Virus record (IMG/VR): IMGVR_UViG_3300031519_000090
Location: 1-35,543 of that record
DNA length: 35,543 bases
From: a virus
Taxonomy: Duplodnaviria; Caudoviricetes
Direction: 5' to 3' (one strand)
Part shown: one piece after another, positions 1 through 7,528 of the stretch
How positions within the stretch are numbered: position 1 is the first letter of the stretch
Layout of the letters: each line of letters opens with the position of its first letter
The notes under the pieces: generated by a model
What the model was told of the DNA's origin: nothing
Seen by the model: the letters and a program-made list of their open reading frames with translations, nothing else
Databases searched by the model: none
Program-made: the position numbers and the translations under genes

Positions 1-103
1 ACACTATTATCTGTCGTGAATGTGCTTTCTCCAAGGCGTTGCGTTTCGCTATCGCTATGCTGTAAGAGAGATCCGATTGTTTTTTTAAAGAGCCAATATC
101 CAT
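1..103 (-). CDS. Partial hypothetical protein, runs off the window edge (MDIGSLKKQSDLSYSIAIAKRNALEKAHSRQIIV...)
   Basis: Not in the ORF track. Read manually: ATG at 103 with an open frame to base 1, directly downstream of a near-consensus sigma70 promoter. Confidence 0.6.
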   Translation of the reverse strand, partial: MDIGSLKKQSDLSYSIAIAKRNALEKAHSRQIIV

Positions 104-109
104 AACACA

Positions 110-138
110 ATTATACAATAATTATGTTGGAAAATCAA
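110..138 (-). promoter_or_regulatory. Sigma70-type promoter TTGATT-N17-TATAAT
   Basis: Minus strand reads TTGATT (138-133), a 17-nt spacer, then TATAAT (115-110), in the intergenic gap before ATG 103. Confidence 0.7.
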
Positions 139-151
139 CCTGGTAGAATTA

Positions 152-1132
152 TTATGATACTGTGTTGCTGGTTGCCGCTGACGCAGATATGCCGTATATC
201 GGATTAAGTCCCTGTGCTGTACTAGGAGTCAGTGTGAACAGGGTGGTCCTCATCTTGGGAGTGTCCTTGATCCCTACCGCAACACCGGCAGTGTTACCGT
301 CAGTGAACTGTGCGTCTGAGGCTCCGTCCGTGGCCACCATCTTGATGGTCAATGACGTTGCGTTACCACTGTTTCCATTACCGCCACCTGTCTTCGCGGA
401 GATCACTATGTGATTGCCCGTGTAACCACTGTTGTCTGAAGTGAGTTTGATTAGAACCGTGTAACTGGTTGTTAAGTCCTGGAAACCGTTCGCAAGTCCA
501 TTAGTGGTCAGTGACTCACCTGATCCTGATCTCGTGGTTGTCAGTGAATTTATGTCTATGTTGCCAAGTGCTGTACCCAAATCGATGTATGCTTGGTCTT
601 TGGTAGACGTTGCCGCTTGTACTGTACCAACCGTGATCCTGATCTTGCCTCCTCCATTGAAGAAAAATCTCATGTTGTTGGCGTTGGCGAATGTGGCTGT
701 AACTTCCTGTGTGGCTGTTGAGTCCCAACCCTCTGAACCTGATGTCAATGTCTGCAGTGCTGATGATGTTGTCAGTGCCGTTGCACTGGTGCTACCGCCT
801 GCCACTTCTGCCGCCAATGATACAAGGTCTGCCGCTATGGCCGCCTTGATCGCAATGGTATCACCTGCCACGACCTGTGTCCTTGCTGTCAGTGAATCGT
901 TAGTGTGGTTACCAATGTTGTCCATTGCTGTCAATAGTGCGTTCCATGATGCCGCTGTAACTGTGGTTCCTGAATCTGCACCACCCTGTACTATTGGTAA
1001 TTCCGTTTGTCCCAGTCCGTAAACTGTCGCACCAGTACCCATGGTATGGTTGATGCCAATTGTACCACTCGTAGGGGTTAGAAATGCATTATACTCACCG
1101 TCAGTTATTGTATCACCTGCTACATATGCCAT
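152..1132 (-). CDS. Virion structural protein, putative tail fibre-associated (326 aa)
   Basis: T/G/A/S-rich composition, MAY start like the neighbouring fibre genes, co-directional within the tail operon, TAA TAA double stop. Confidence 0.65.
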   Translation of the reverse strand: MAYVAGDTITDGEYNAFLTPTSGTIGINHTMGTGATVYGLGQTELPIVQGGADSGTTVTAASWNALLTAMDNIGNHTNDSLTARTQVVAGDTIAIKAAIAADLVSLAAEVAGGSTSATALTTSSALQTLTSGSEGWDSTATQEVTATFANANNMRFFFNGGGKIRITVGTVQAATSTKDQAYIDLGTALGNIDINSLTTTRSGSGESLTTNGLANGFQDLTTSYTVLIKLTSDNSGYTGNHIVISAKTGGGNGNSGNATSLTIKMVATDGASDAQFTDGNTAGVAVGIKDTPKMRTTLFTLTPSTAQGLNPIYGISASAATSNTVS

Positions 1133-1136
1133 AAAT

Positions 1137-2783
1137 TTATTTTACTCCTATCACACATTCTGTTAATTCTGTGTCTTCAGTATATTTATCCTTGATCAGT
1201 CTGCCCATGGTATTAAATGTGGTTGCTTCGCCTGTTCCTGCCACACGTGCCAATCCATATCCTGCTGATATCACACGATCACCTGCTGAACCTTTGCCTG
1301 TAAGCCTAACCGGAACACGTCCTTTCAGTGCTATCGCTGGGTGTGTGTCGTTGTTGCCTGCTTCCGAATTCATCAAATATGCTGGTGCAGTGGAAACCAC
1401 ACCAAAAACTGCGTCTGATTTGTCCTCCATGCATTTCGTTATCTCTTCATTGCCGCCCAGAATCACCACTTCACCCGTTTCCACTGGTGTGTCCGTGGCG
1501 TATCTTTCCGCCAAGTCAGCGTACTGTGCCGATGTTGCTGTTGCGTGTACCACGTTAGCCCTGATGTCTACTAGTGTAGCGGCTGACAGCTCGTCATCAC
1601 CACCACCTGACTTGAAAGCCGTCCAGGCACCGCCTGCATTTCCGTGTATAGTTGTTCCGTCATCTGCAAAAGTTTCGTCCCATACCCAGAAAAGATCCTG
1701 TTCAGTGGCTGTTGACGTTTCTCCCCTGTTAACTTTCAATCCTGAATAATTTGGCATACCACTGTTTGATGATATGTTCCTGTTTAATTCTATGATGTTG
1801 TCTTCAATAGTAAGTGTTGTAGTATTAAATGTTGTTTGTGTTCCGTCTACTGTTAAATTTCCCTTTACCCTAAGATCTCCCACTGTCGGTAGTTCTAATA
1901 ATCCTGTACTTCCATCCATGGTCATCATTGTGACTGTTGCACCACCATCGTTCACTGTGAATATTATGTCCTTGTCCTGTGTCGTGTTTGCAATAGTCAA
2001 GTTGTCACTTGATAGACTCATGGTGATGTCCGAACCAGCACCTAAAATTAATCCTGTGTCATTTGCAATAGTGAATGAACTGTTTGTGGAATCGTTGGCA
2101 TCTGATCTTAGATAGTTGGCCGCCGCTACACCACCCAGTGCATCCGAGTCTGTTGATGTTCCTCTAAATTTTGCATTCGATACTGAACTTGATAGCTGTA
2201 TACCTTGTGCCACTGCTGAGAACCCTGCCGCGATCAGTGCCGCACCATTTGTTTCTGTGCCACTTGGTGTGAATGCAAGGTTTGATATTACACCTACCAC
2301 TACATCATTGGTAACTAATTTTAAGATTGACCTGTTTACCCCTGCATTGTCTTGTAAAACTTCTGTTAACACCTGTGTAACTCCGGAACCAGCAACCGTG
2401 GTTGGTCCAATCAAGGTCCATGCTGTGCCTGTGTAAACGTACAACTGTGTGTTAGATGTGTCAAACCATAGATCACCCTGCACCGCATTGGTAGGTGATG
2501 ATGCTGAGTTGGTTGTTGAGCCTACTGGTTTGAATTTTGTTCCGGTGTAAACATTAAGTTGTTTGTTTGATTGGTCATACCAAAGCTGACCAGTAATTTT
2601 GTTTGATGGTGCTGTGGTGTTGTTAAAGTTCTCTAATAACTTGACTAGATTCTCATTTAGCTTCTCACCAAAACCCGCATAACCTTTTCCTATCAGTGTA
2701 AGGTCAGTTGTGGCGACGTCAATAGTTCCGTCTGCCAACGTGACCAACAAGGTCCCAAATGTGTTGTTAATCTTGTATGCCAT
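1137..2783 (-). CDS. Tail fibre/baseplate-attached fibre paralog 1 with C-terminal peptidase G2-like intramolecular chaperone (548 aa)
   Basis: N-terminal DGTID...GKGYAGFGEKLNENLVKLLENF and GQLWYD/GDLWFD repeats shared with 6113-7513 and 7524-9032. C-terminal AQYADLAE...FGVVS...PAYLMN...ALKGRVPV resembles the phi29 gp12-type autocleaving chaperone. Confidence 0.75.
   Translation of the reverse strand: MAYKINNTFGTLLVTLADGTIDVATTDLTLIGKGYAGFGEKLNENLVKLLENFNNTTAPSNKITGQLWYDQSNKQLNVYTGTKFKPVGSTTNSASSPTNAVQGDLWFDTSNTQLYVYTGTAWTLIGPTTVAGSGVTQVLTEVLQDNAGVNRSILKLVTNDVVVGVISNLAFTPSGTETNGAALIAAGFSAVAQGIQLSSSVSNAKFRGTSTDSDALGGVAAANYLRSDANDSTNSSFTIANDTGLILGAGSDITMSLSSDNLTIANTTQDKDIIFTVNDGGATVTMMTMDGSTGLLELPTVGDLRVKGNLTVDGTQTTFNTTTLTIEDNIIELNRNISSNSGMPNYSGLKVNRGETSTATEQDLFWVWDETFADDGTTIHGNAGGAWTAFKSGGGDDELSAATLVDIRANVVHATATSAQYADLAERYATDTPVETGEVVILGGNEEITKCMEDKSDAVFGVVSTAPAYLMNSEAGNNDTHPAIALKGRVPVRLTGKGSAGDRVISAGYGLARVAGTGEATTFNTMGRLIKDKYTEDTELTECVIGVK
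1510..1539. repeat. 30-bp perfect direct repeat, copy 1 (GCCAAGTCAGCGTACTGTGCCGATGTTGCT)
   Basis: Identical to 7885-7914; encodes ATSAQYADLA on the minus strand; flanking bases differ. Confidence 0.9.
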
Positions 2784-2789
2784 AGCTTA

Positions 2790-2966
2790 CTAGTTTGATG
2801 CGTTGTCCCTGACTTCTGTCAAGAAACTCACATCTCCCACTAACTTGATTAAGATAGCCGCAGTTTCTGGTGTCAGCATCTGCTCAATCTTAGTTTGTTC
2901 TTCTGTTGACCAAACTGTCTCGTTGTTGTCGTTGATGTAATCTGCTACTTCTTGTTTTGTTGCCAT
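2790..2966 (-). CDS. Small acidic helical hypothetical protein, 58 aa (MATKQEVADYINDNNETVWSTEEQTKIEQMLTPETAAILIKLVGDVSFLTEVRDNASN)
   Basis: Absent from the ORF track. ATG at 2966 is preceded by a strong SD (AAGGAG) and an AATAAATA late-promoter-like motif; ends TAG TAA; fills the gap between two genes. Confidence 0.8.
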   Translation of the reverse strand: MATKQEVADYINDNNETVWSTEEQTKIEQMLTPETAAILIKLVGDVSFLTEVRDNASN

Positions 2967-2984
2967 TTAAGTGTCTCCTTATGC

Positions 2985-3449
2985 TTATTTATTATGCTTT
3001 TCAATCTGCTCATCGTCTGATATCCAAGTTAAATCCTTAGAATATGAGCCATCTAGGTCCCGCAGGAAAGTCTTCACGTTGCTCTCCGTAAGCACCATAT
3101 CGTGGTATTTTTCATATCTTTTGTGCAGTGCTTGTTCTTTAGTAGCGGTGTAGACCAACTTGATGCCCTTGTCTTTTGCTAGTTTCATTATGCTGTCAAT
3201 ACACAATTTTAAACATTTATGCACATTCCTTGGTTCTGCTTCCTTGTCTGTCACTATCCATTCCATAAAAGCGAACTGTGTTCCTTCTCCAAAATAAATC
3301 CCCCCGGCACAAACGGGCTTTCCGTCCACTTCCACTATTATGCCTGCAGGTGGCAAGCACTCTTTCGGCACTGTTCCAAACTCCCAGTCAGTCCACCACT
3401 TCACTAGTGTGTCGTAGTCCTTGTCTCTGTCCCATGGTCTATCTTGCAT
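2985..3449 (-). CDS. GNAT-fold acyltransferase-like protein (154 aa)
   Basis: Pattern GIIVEVDGKPVCAGGIY...AFMEWIVTDKE...helix...AKDKGIKLVYT...LHKRYEK fits the GNAT beta3-beta4-alpha3-beta5-alpha4 layout. The canonical R/QxxGxG acetyl-CoA loop is degenerate. Confidence 0.6.
   Translation of the reverse strand: MQDRPWDRDKDYDTLVKWWTDWEFGTVPKECLPPAGIIVEVDGKPVCAGGIYFGEGTQFAFMEWIVTDKEAEPRNVHKCLKLCIDSIMKLAKDKGIKLVYTATKEQALHKRYEKYHDMVLTESNVKTFLRDLDGSYSKDLTWISDDEQIEKHNK
2986..2993 (-). promoter_or_regulatory. T4-like late promoter variant AATAAATA
   Basis: 7/8 match to TATAAATA at the end of the upstream gene, followed by the SD and ATG of the 58-aa ORF. Confidence 0.5.
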
Positions 3450-4032
3450 TTTTTTGTATCACAATCTTGTTAACATTGAATGTTGACTCAAAACAGTAAC
3501 GTACTGCTTCTGCTACTTCCTCGGCTTTTAACTTTGGTAGGTCCTCCCATAAGCCCTTGGTCATGTCTGTGTCTACCACATCAGGACATACATCATACAC
3601 CGACAACGGCTTTGAAATTAATTCCTCCTGCAACTCAAGGATATATGCCATTAATTCTTTTTTTATTTCGCAGTACTGAACATATTCAAATTTGTTCCAT
3701 GACTCAAATTCATTGAAGTCTTGTCCTTCGTCAGTACCTGATGTGCTTGTTATGACTGCGACTTTCATGCGATCAAAAGCATGTAGGCCATATATTCTTT
3801 TAAGAAGAGTTAACTGTCCTCTACCTGCATGGGCATTTATTACAACAAGATTACAGTCTTCGATCTGTTCCATTATTTTTTCCTGTTCGTTTAAAAGATC
3901 GTAACCGTTGCTTCTGCTTAATCCTATAACTTCGTATTTTTTTGTTTTGTATAGATCAGATATAGCTTTGCCTATACCTTTGGTATGGCCTATTACTGCT
4001 ATTTTATTTTTGTTTTCTTGTTTCATACACAT
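3439..4032 (-). CDS. Short-chain dehydrogenase/reductase (197 aa; alternative start at 4026)
   Basis: Rossmann motif KIAVIGHTKGIGKAI, INAH in the NNAG position, TSTSG catalytic Ser region, YCEIK (YxxxK), and CPDVVDTDM. Confidence 0.85.
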   Translation of the reverse strand: MCMKQENKNKIAVIGHTKGIGKAISDLYKTKKYEVIGLSRSNGYDLLNEQEKIMEQIEDCNLVVINAHAGRGQLTLLKRIYGLHAFDRMKVAVITSTSGTDEGQDFNEFESWNKFEYVQYCEIKKELMAYILELQEELISKPLSVYDVCPDVVDTDMTKGLWEDLPKLKAEEVAEAVRYCFESTFNVNKIVIQKNAR

Positions 4033-4672
4033 CCACTAGGTTTTCCAACCCTTCGAAACATTCCGAATAGTGTTGGTAATATTGTTCAAACTTCTCTTTA
4101 GTGTATAGTGTTTCTTTGAAAAAGTCAATTAATAACGTAGTTCTCTCTCCTGGATTATTGTTAAAACCATTGTGAACCTGTATGTCTGGTTGAAACACAA
4201 AAGCTTCGCCTGTTTTCCATGTGTATAATTCTTGTTTTCTAGTTTCCAGATTCATTACGTACATACCACTTTGATCTCCACCCCCGTCATCTAGACACAT
4301 CTGATATCTCCAACCGCCTTCGTTGTCTGTATGATTTCCAATCTTTGTGTTGGGTCCTACTGTCATAATCGCCACATTGGTCTTGTATGGAAATTTTCTC
4401 AGTATGGAATACAACATGGGATAGTCATTGAATAACTGTCCTTCATGTTCTCCGGACTGTATGCCCAGTGCCTTCCACTGTCCATGCACATAGTCTCCTG
4501 AATTGTCATCAAAGTCGTCGGGAAGTCCCCTCACACTGTCTGAGAAATCTTCTGGATCTAAAAATACTTTGTTAGGTTGTGAATCAAACTCGTGTTTGAT
4601 TTCTTGGAAATATTTTTCTAACTGTTTAAAACACTCGCCTTGCTGGCCGTGGTAATAAGATTTATTAAGCAT
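4004..4672 (-). CDS. Aspartyl/asparaginyl beta-hydroxylase (LpxO/AspH-like) 2OG-Fe(II) dioxygenase (222 aa)
   Basis: HxD (NHTD), RYQMCL, WKTGEAFVF, distal His (VHNGFN) and ERTTLLIDF match the Asp_Arg_Hydrox cupin pattern. Confidence 0.8.
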   Translation of the reverse strand: MLNKSYYHGQQGECFKQLEKYFQEIKHEFDSQPNKVFLDPEDFSDSVRGLPDDFDDNSGDYVHGQWKALGIQSGEHEGQLFNDYPMLYSILRKFPYKTNVAIMTVGPNTKIGNHTDNEGGWRYQMCLDDGGGDQSGMYVMNLETRKQELYTWKTGEAFVFQPDIQVHNGFNNNPGERTTLLIDFFKETLYTKEKFEQYYQHYSECFEGLENLVDVYETRKQK

Positions 4673-6110
4673 TTAGTATATTAACATTTTTATCATGTAT
4701 CTGTCTATCATGATCCTGCCAATTACTAAAAAATTGTTCACCGTGATTGGTTAGTTCTTGCTGTTCACTTAATTCAAAGTAGTCTGTAAATTCTGTTCCG
4801 TTGATTATAATTCTTCTGTTTTCGTTACCAAACACGTACACTATTACTTCGTCATCGCCTAGTGATACTCCTATCCTACTATCTTCAACCCTAGTCCATG
4901 CACCATCTTCTTTGACCATGTGCGTTCCAGATACTTGAATGCCGTTGTAGTCATATAAATTGTCTATTAGGAACTTACCTGTTGCAAATACTTTTCCACC
5001 AACTGAAACTTTGTCACCTATGTCTACTTGTTCAACTGGTTTCAATGAACCATCGTACATTGTGATCATCGTGCCTGCTATGAAACAACCACCTCCACCT
5101 GAACCACCGCTACCTGAACTCGTGTTACCGTTTGGATTTCCGAATCCGGACGATGTCGATGCAAAATTAAGTCCTGAGTTGAATAAAGCCTTCCATGCGC
5201 CTGATACCTTGACGTAACCTGCTGTGACTGTTTTCCATGCACCTGAAACTTTTGTTTGTATACCTGTTACCTCTTTCCAAACTCCACCAATCTTTGTGCT
5301 GGCCTGTACACCCACTGTGAAAACAAGAACCGCTAATCCGTTTCCGCCTGGGCCTGCACTGCCTCCTGGTGCTACCGCCACGCCCGAGTCGTAATATTGC
5401 ACACCGCTGATAATCAATGAGGTGACCCCCGGTGCTGTCCCTGAACCATTGTCTTCTGATCCACTTGATGGCACTAGGTTTGAACCTGAGCGGCCACCGC
5501 CGCCGCCATGGTCTCCTGCACCACCGGCTCCACCTTTGCCTCCATCGGCTCCACCGCCTCCAGCACCTCCACCACCACCGTCTCCGGAGTGATCCGCACC
5601 GTCCTCTCCCAGTGTCCCTGGTGAGGCTGTTGTTGCTGAATTCGTGTTTATGCCTGCCGCACCATTTGAAAATTGTCCTGCACCACCACCACCTGCACCG
5701 CCACCGGCTGTTGCAACTGCTGATCCGTTTATGAATAGTGTTGTGGCACCGCCTGCTCCGCCACCTGCTCCTGAATATGGTCGTGGTCCAGCGTTACCGC
5801 CTTCGCCACCTGAGAAATCTGTCTTACCTTTACCGTTGGTTCCGCCCGGGGCTCCGCCACCTGATCCGCCACCTGCTCCGCCACCGCCAACTGCCACTTC
5901 GAGAGTGTGTCCAACATTAGATGATAATGAATAACTTGTCTTTGCAACATAGTGTCCTGCCGCTCCTGCTCCGCCGGCACCACCTGCATCTGCTCCACCA
6001 CCTGCACCTGCACCACCCCATAGGTACATATCTAAAGACGTTGCACCTGCTGGTATGGTTAATGTGTTAAGTAATCCAGAGTATTGGAATTTTTTAATTA
6101 TTGTAGGCAT
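4665..6110 (-). CDS. Glycine-rich tail adhesin-like protein fused to a C-terminal Hint (intein/Hedgehog-like) domain (481 aa)
   Basis: Polyglycine tracts through the N-terminal ~260 aa, three KxxGxWK repeats, a GS linker, then CFIAGTMITMYDGSLKPVEQVDIGDKV (Hint block A, Cys342 at 5085-5087) and SGTH (block B). Confidence 0.85.
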   Translation of the reverse strand: MPTIIKKFQYSGLLNTLTIPAGATSLDMYLWGGAGAGGGADAGGAGGAGAAGHYVAKTSYSLSSNVGHTLEVAVGGGGAGGGSGGGAPGGTNGKGKTDFSGGEGGNAGPRPYSGAGGGAGGATTLFINGSAVATAGGGAGGGGAGQFSNGAAGINTNSATTASPGTLGEDGADHSGDGGGGGAGGGGADGGKGGAGGAGDHGGGGGRSGSNLVPSSGSEDNGSGTAPGVTSLIISGVQYYDSGVAVAPGGSAGPGGNGLAVLVFTVGVQASTKIGGVWKEVTGIQTKVSGAWKTVTAGYVKVSGAWKALFNSGLNFASTSSGFGNPNGNTSSGSGGSGGGGCFIAGTMITMYDGSLKPVEQVDIGDKVSVGGKVFATGKFLIDNLYDYNGIQVSGTHMVKEDGAWTRVEDSRIGVSLGDDEVIVYVFGNENRRIIINGTEFTDYFELSEQQELTNHGEQFFSNWQDHDRQIHDKNVNILNA

Positions 6111-6112
6111 GG

Positions 6113-7513
6113 TTATGCCTCATACTTGAACCAGAAGTCACCATTGGCTCCATCACTTGCACTTGGGTCACCTGTTTGAACAAATTTTGCAGAGCCGCCC
6201 CATAGGTTTCCAAATGTTGCCACCTGTCCTATAGTTGGTACAGTAGTTAATCCAGTGTTTGACGTTGTTATTGCTGTACCTACTGCATTCAATGTCAGTG
6301 TAGTAACTTTCAAGTCACCTGTTGATGCATCAGTAGTCAGTGGTTTTGTACCTTTGTTTGTATCCCCGTCGTCTGTCATGTCTGACAATAGTAATAGTTT
6401 AGAATATGTTTGAGCTTCTCCTGCCACCCATGCGTTTGCTGACACATCATAAAACAGTCTAGCGTCGTCTGTGTCACTAGTCTCTACTATCAGTCCTGAA
6501 TCAGCTTCACTGTTACCCGAGTTAACTTTTATAAAAGCATCGTCATACGTAGAAATGTTAGATACTGTGCTGTTGTATTCACCTGTGATATTTAGGTTAC
6601 CTGTTATAGTTACGTCACCAGTGATATCTACTCCGCCGTCTGCACCTGTCAATTGTAAAGGTGTTTTTGTTGTGCCACCGTCGTTCACTGTGAATTTTAA
6701 ATCTTTGTCCTGTGATGTCTGTGCAATCGTTACGTCATTACTTGCAACTGTCACTGTCAATTCCTGTGCGTCTCCAACTATGATACCCGAATCTGTGTCA
6801 ATCGTCAGTGCGCCTGTTGTTGTGTCTGCCGCATCCGCTCTCAGGAAGTTTCCACCTGCGATTACTGTGCTTGATGTATTAGATGTTCCTGATACGTCTA
6901 CGTTAGAAGCCTGTGTGTTTGTTCCCTCGAACACTGCTCCTAGTGTTGAGTTAAGTGTGAATCCTGCCTTGATTGATGCGAAACCTGTCTGTGTCACGCT
7001 CGGTGTGAATGTTTCCTTTGAAAGTATCGCAACCCTCGTGTTGCCTGCGTACATGGATGAAACAACCTTGTTTCCTGCTGAACTGGCAAGTGTCTCGATT
7101 AACCAACCTGACAGTGTCTGTCCTGCTGTGTAAACTGGTCCAACTAGTTGGAACGCTGACCCTGTGTAAACATAAAGCTGATCATCATCTGAATCTGTCC
7201 AAAGGTCTCCAGCTGATGCCGAAGTTGGTGCTGATGCTTGTGATTTCGCTCCTCCTGTTGGTTCAAATGCTGTTCCGTCGTAAACTTTTAATTGTCCTGT
7301 GTTTGTGTCAAACCACAACTCACCTGTTAGAGGTGCTGTGGGTGCCGATGTTGAAGCGGCGTTCTCTAATAATTTTACTAGGTTTTCGTTAAGTCCCTCA
7401 CCAAATCCAGAGAAACTCTTACCGAAAAGTTGTACAGAAGTAGTGTTATCCACTGTACCATCTGTGATAGTAGTTACTACTGTTCCATCTGTTTTGTTGA
7501 TTGTGTACGCCAT
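6113..7513 (-). CDS. Tail fibre paralog 2 (466 aa; start revised to MAYTINKT at 7513)
   Basis: Same N-terminal domain as paralogs 1 and 3, which start at the equivalent MAY. TATAAATA lies just upstream of 7513. No chaperone domain; ends in GANGDFWFKYEA. Confidence 0.75.
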   Translation of the reverse strand: MAYTINKTDGTVVTTITDGTVDNTTSVQLFGKSFSGFGEGLNENLVKLLENAASTSAPTAPLTGELWFDTNTGQLKVYDGTAFEPTGGAKSQASAPTSASAGDLWTDSDDDQLYVYTGSAFQLVGPVYTAGQTLSGWLIETLASSAGNKVVSSMYAGNTRVAILSKETFTPSVTQTGFASIKAGFTLNSTLGAVFEGTNTQASNVDVSGTSNTSSTVIAGGNFLRADAADTTTGALTIDTDSGIIVGDAQELTVTVASNDVTIAQTSQDKDLKFTVNDGGTTKTPLQLTGADGGVDITGDVTITGNLNITGEYNSTVSNISTYDDAFIKVNSGNSEADSGLIVETSDTDDARLFYDVSANAWVAGEAQTYSKLLLLSDMTDDGDTNKGTKPLTTDASTGDLKVTTLTLNAVGTAITTSNTGLTTVPTIGQVATFGNLWGGSAKFVQTGDPSASDGANGDFWFKYEA

Positions 7514-7520
7514 TTGCTTG

Positions 7521-7528
7521 TATTTATA
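7521..7528 (-). promoter_or_regulatory. T4-type late promoter TATAAATA
   Basis: Perfect gp55 consensus, 7 nt upstream of ATG 7513; a gp55-like gene is in the window. Confidence 0.75.

Noticed and set aside
1183-1190. GATAAATA late-promoter-like motif 50 nt upstream of the 326-aa gene
   Set aside because: Lies in coding sequence (DKY codons) and could be chance; possible but unsupported.
2787-2792. TAG TAA double stop as a hint of stop-codon recoding
   Set aside because: All long genes, including the 12.9-kb ORF, are intact in the standard code; no fragmentation at TAG or TGA.
4665-5087. Canonical intein or homing endonuclease
   Set aside because: No terminal His-Asn plus nucleophile, no LAGLIDADG or HNH motif, and no substantial C-extein.
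5430-6020. Repetitive CCACC/CCGCC-rich DNA
   Set aside because: Polyglycine codons of the adhesin; no repeat-spacer periodicity, so not a CRISPR array.
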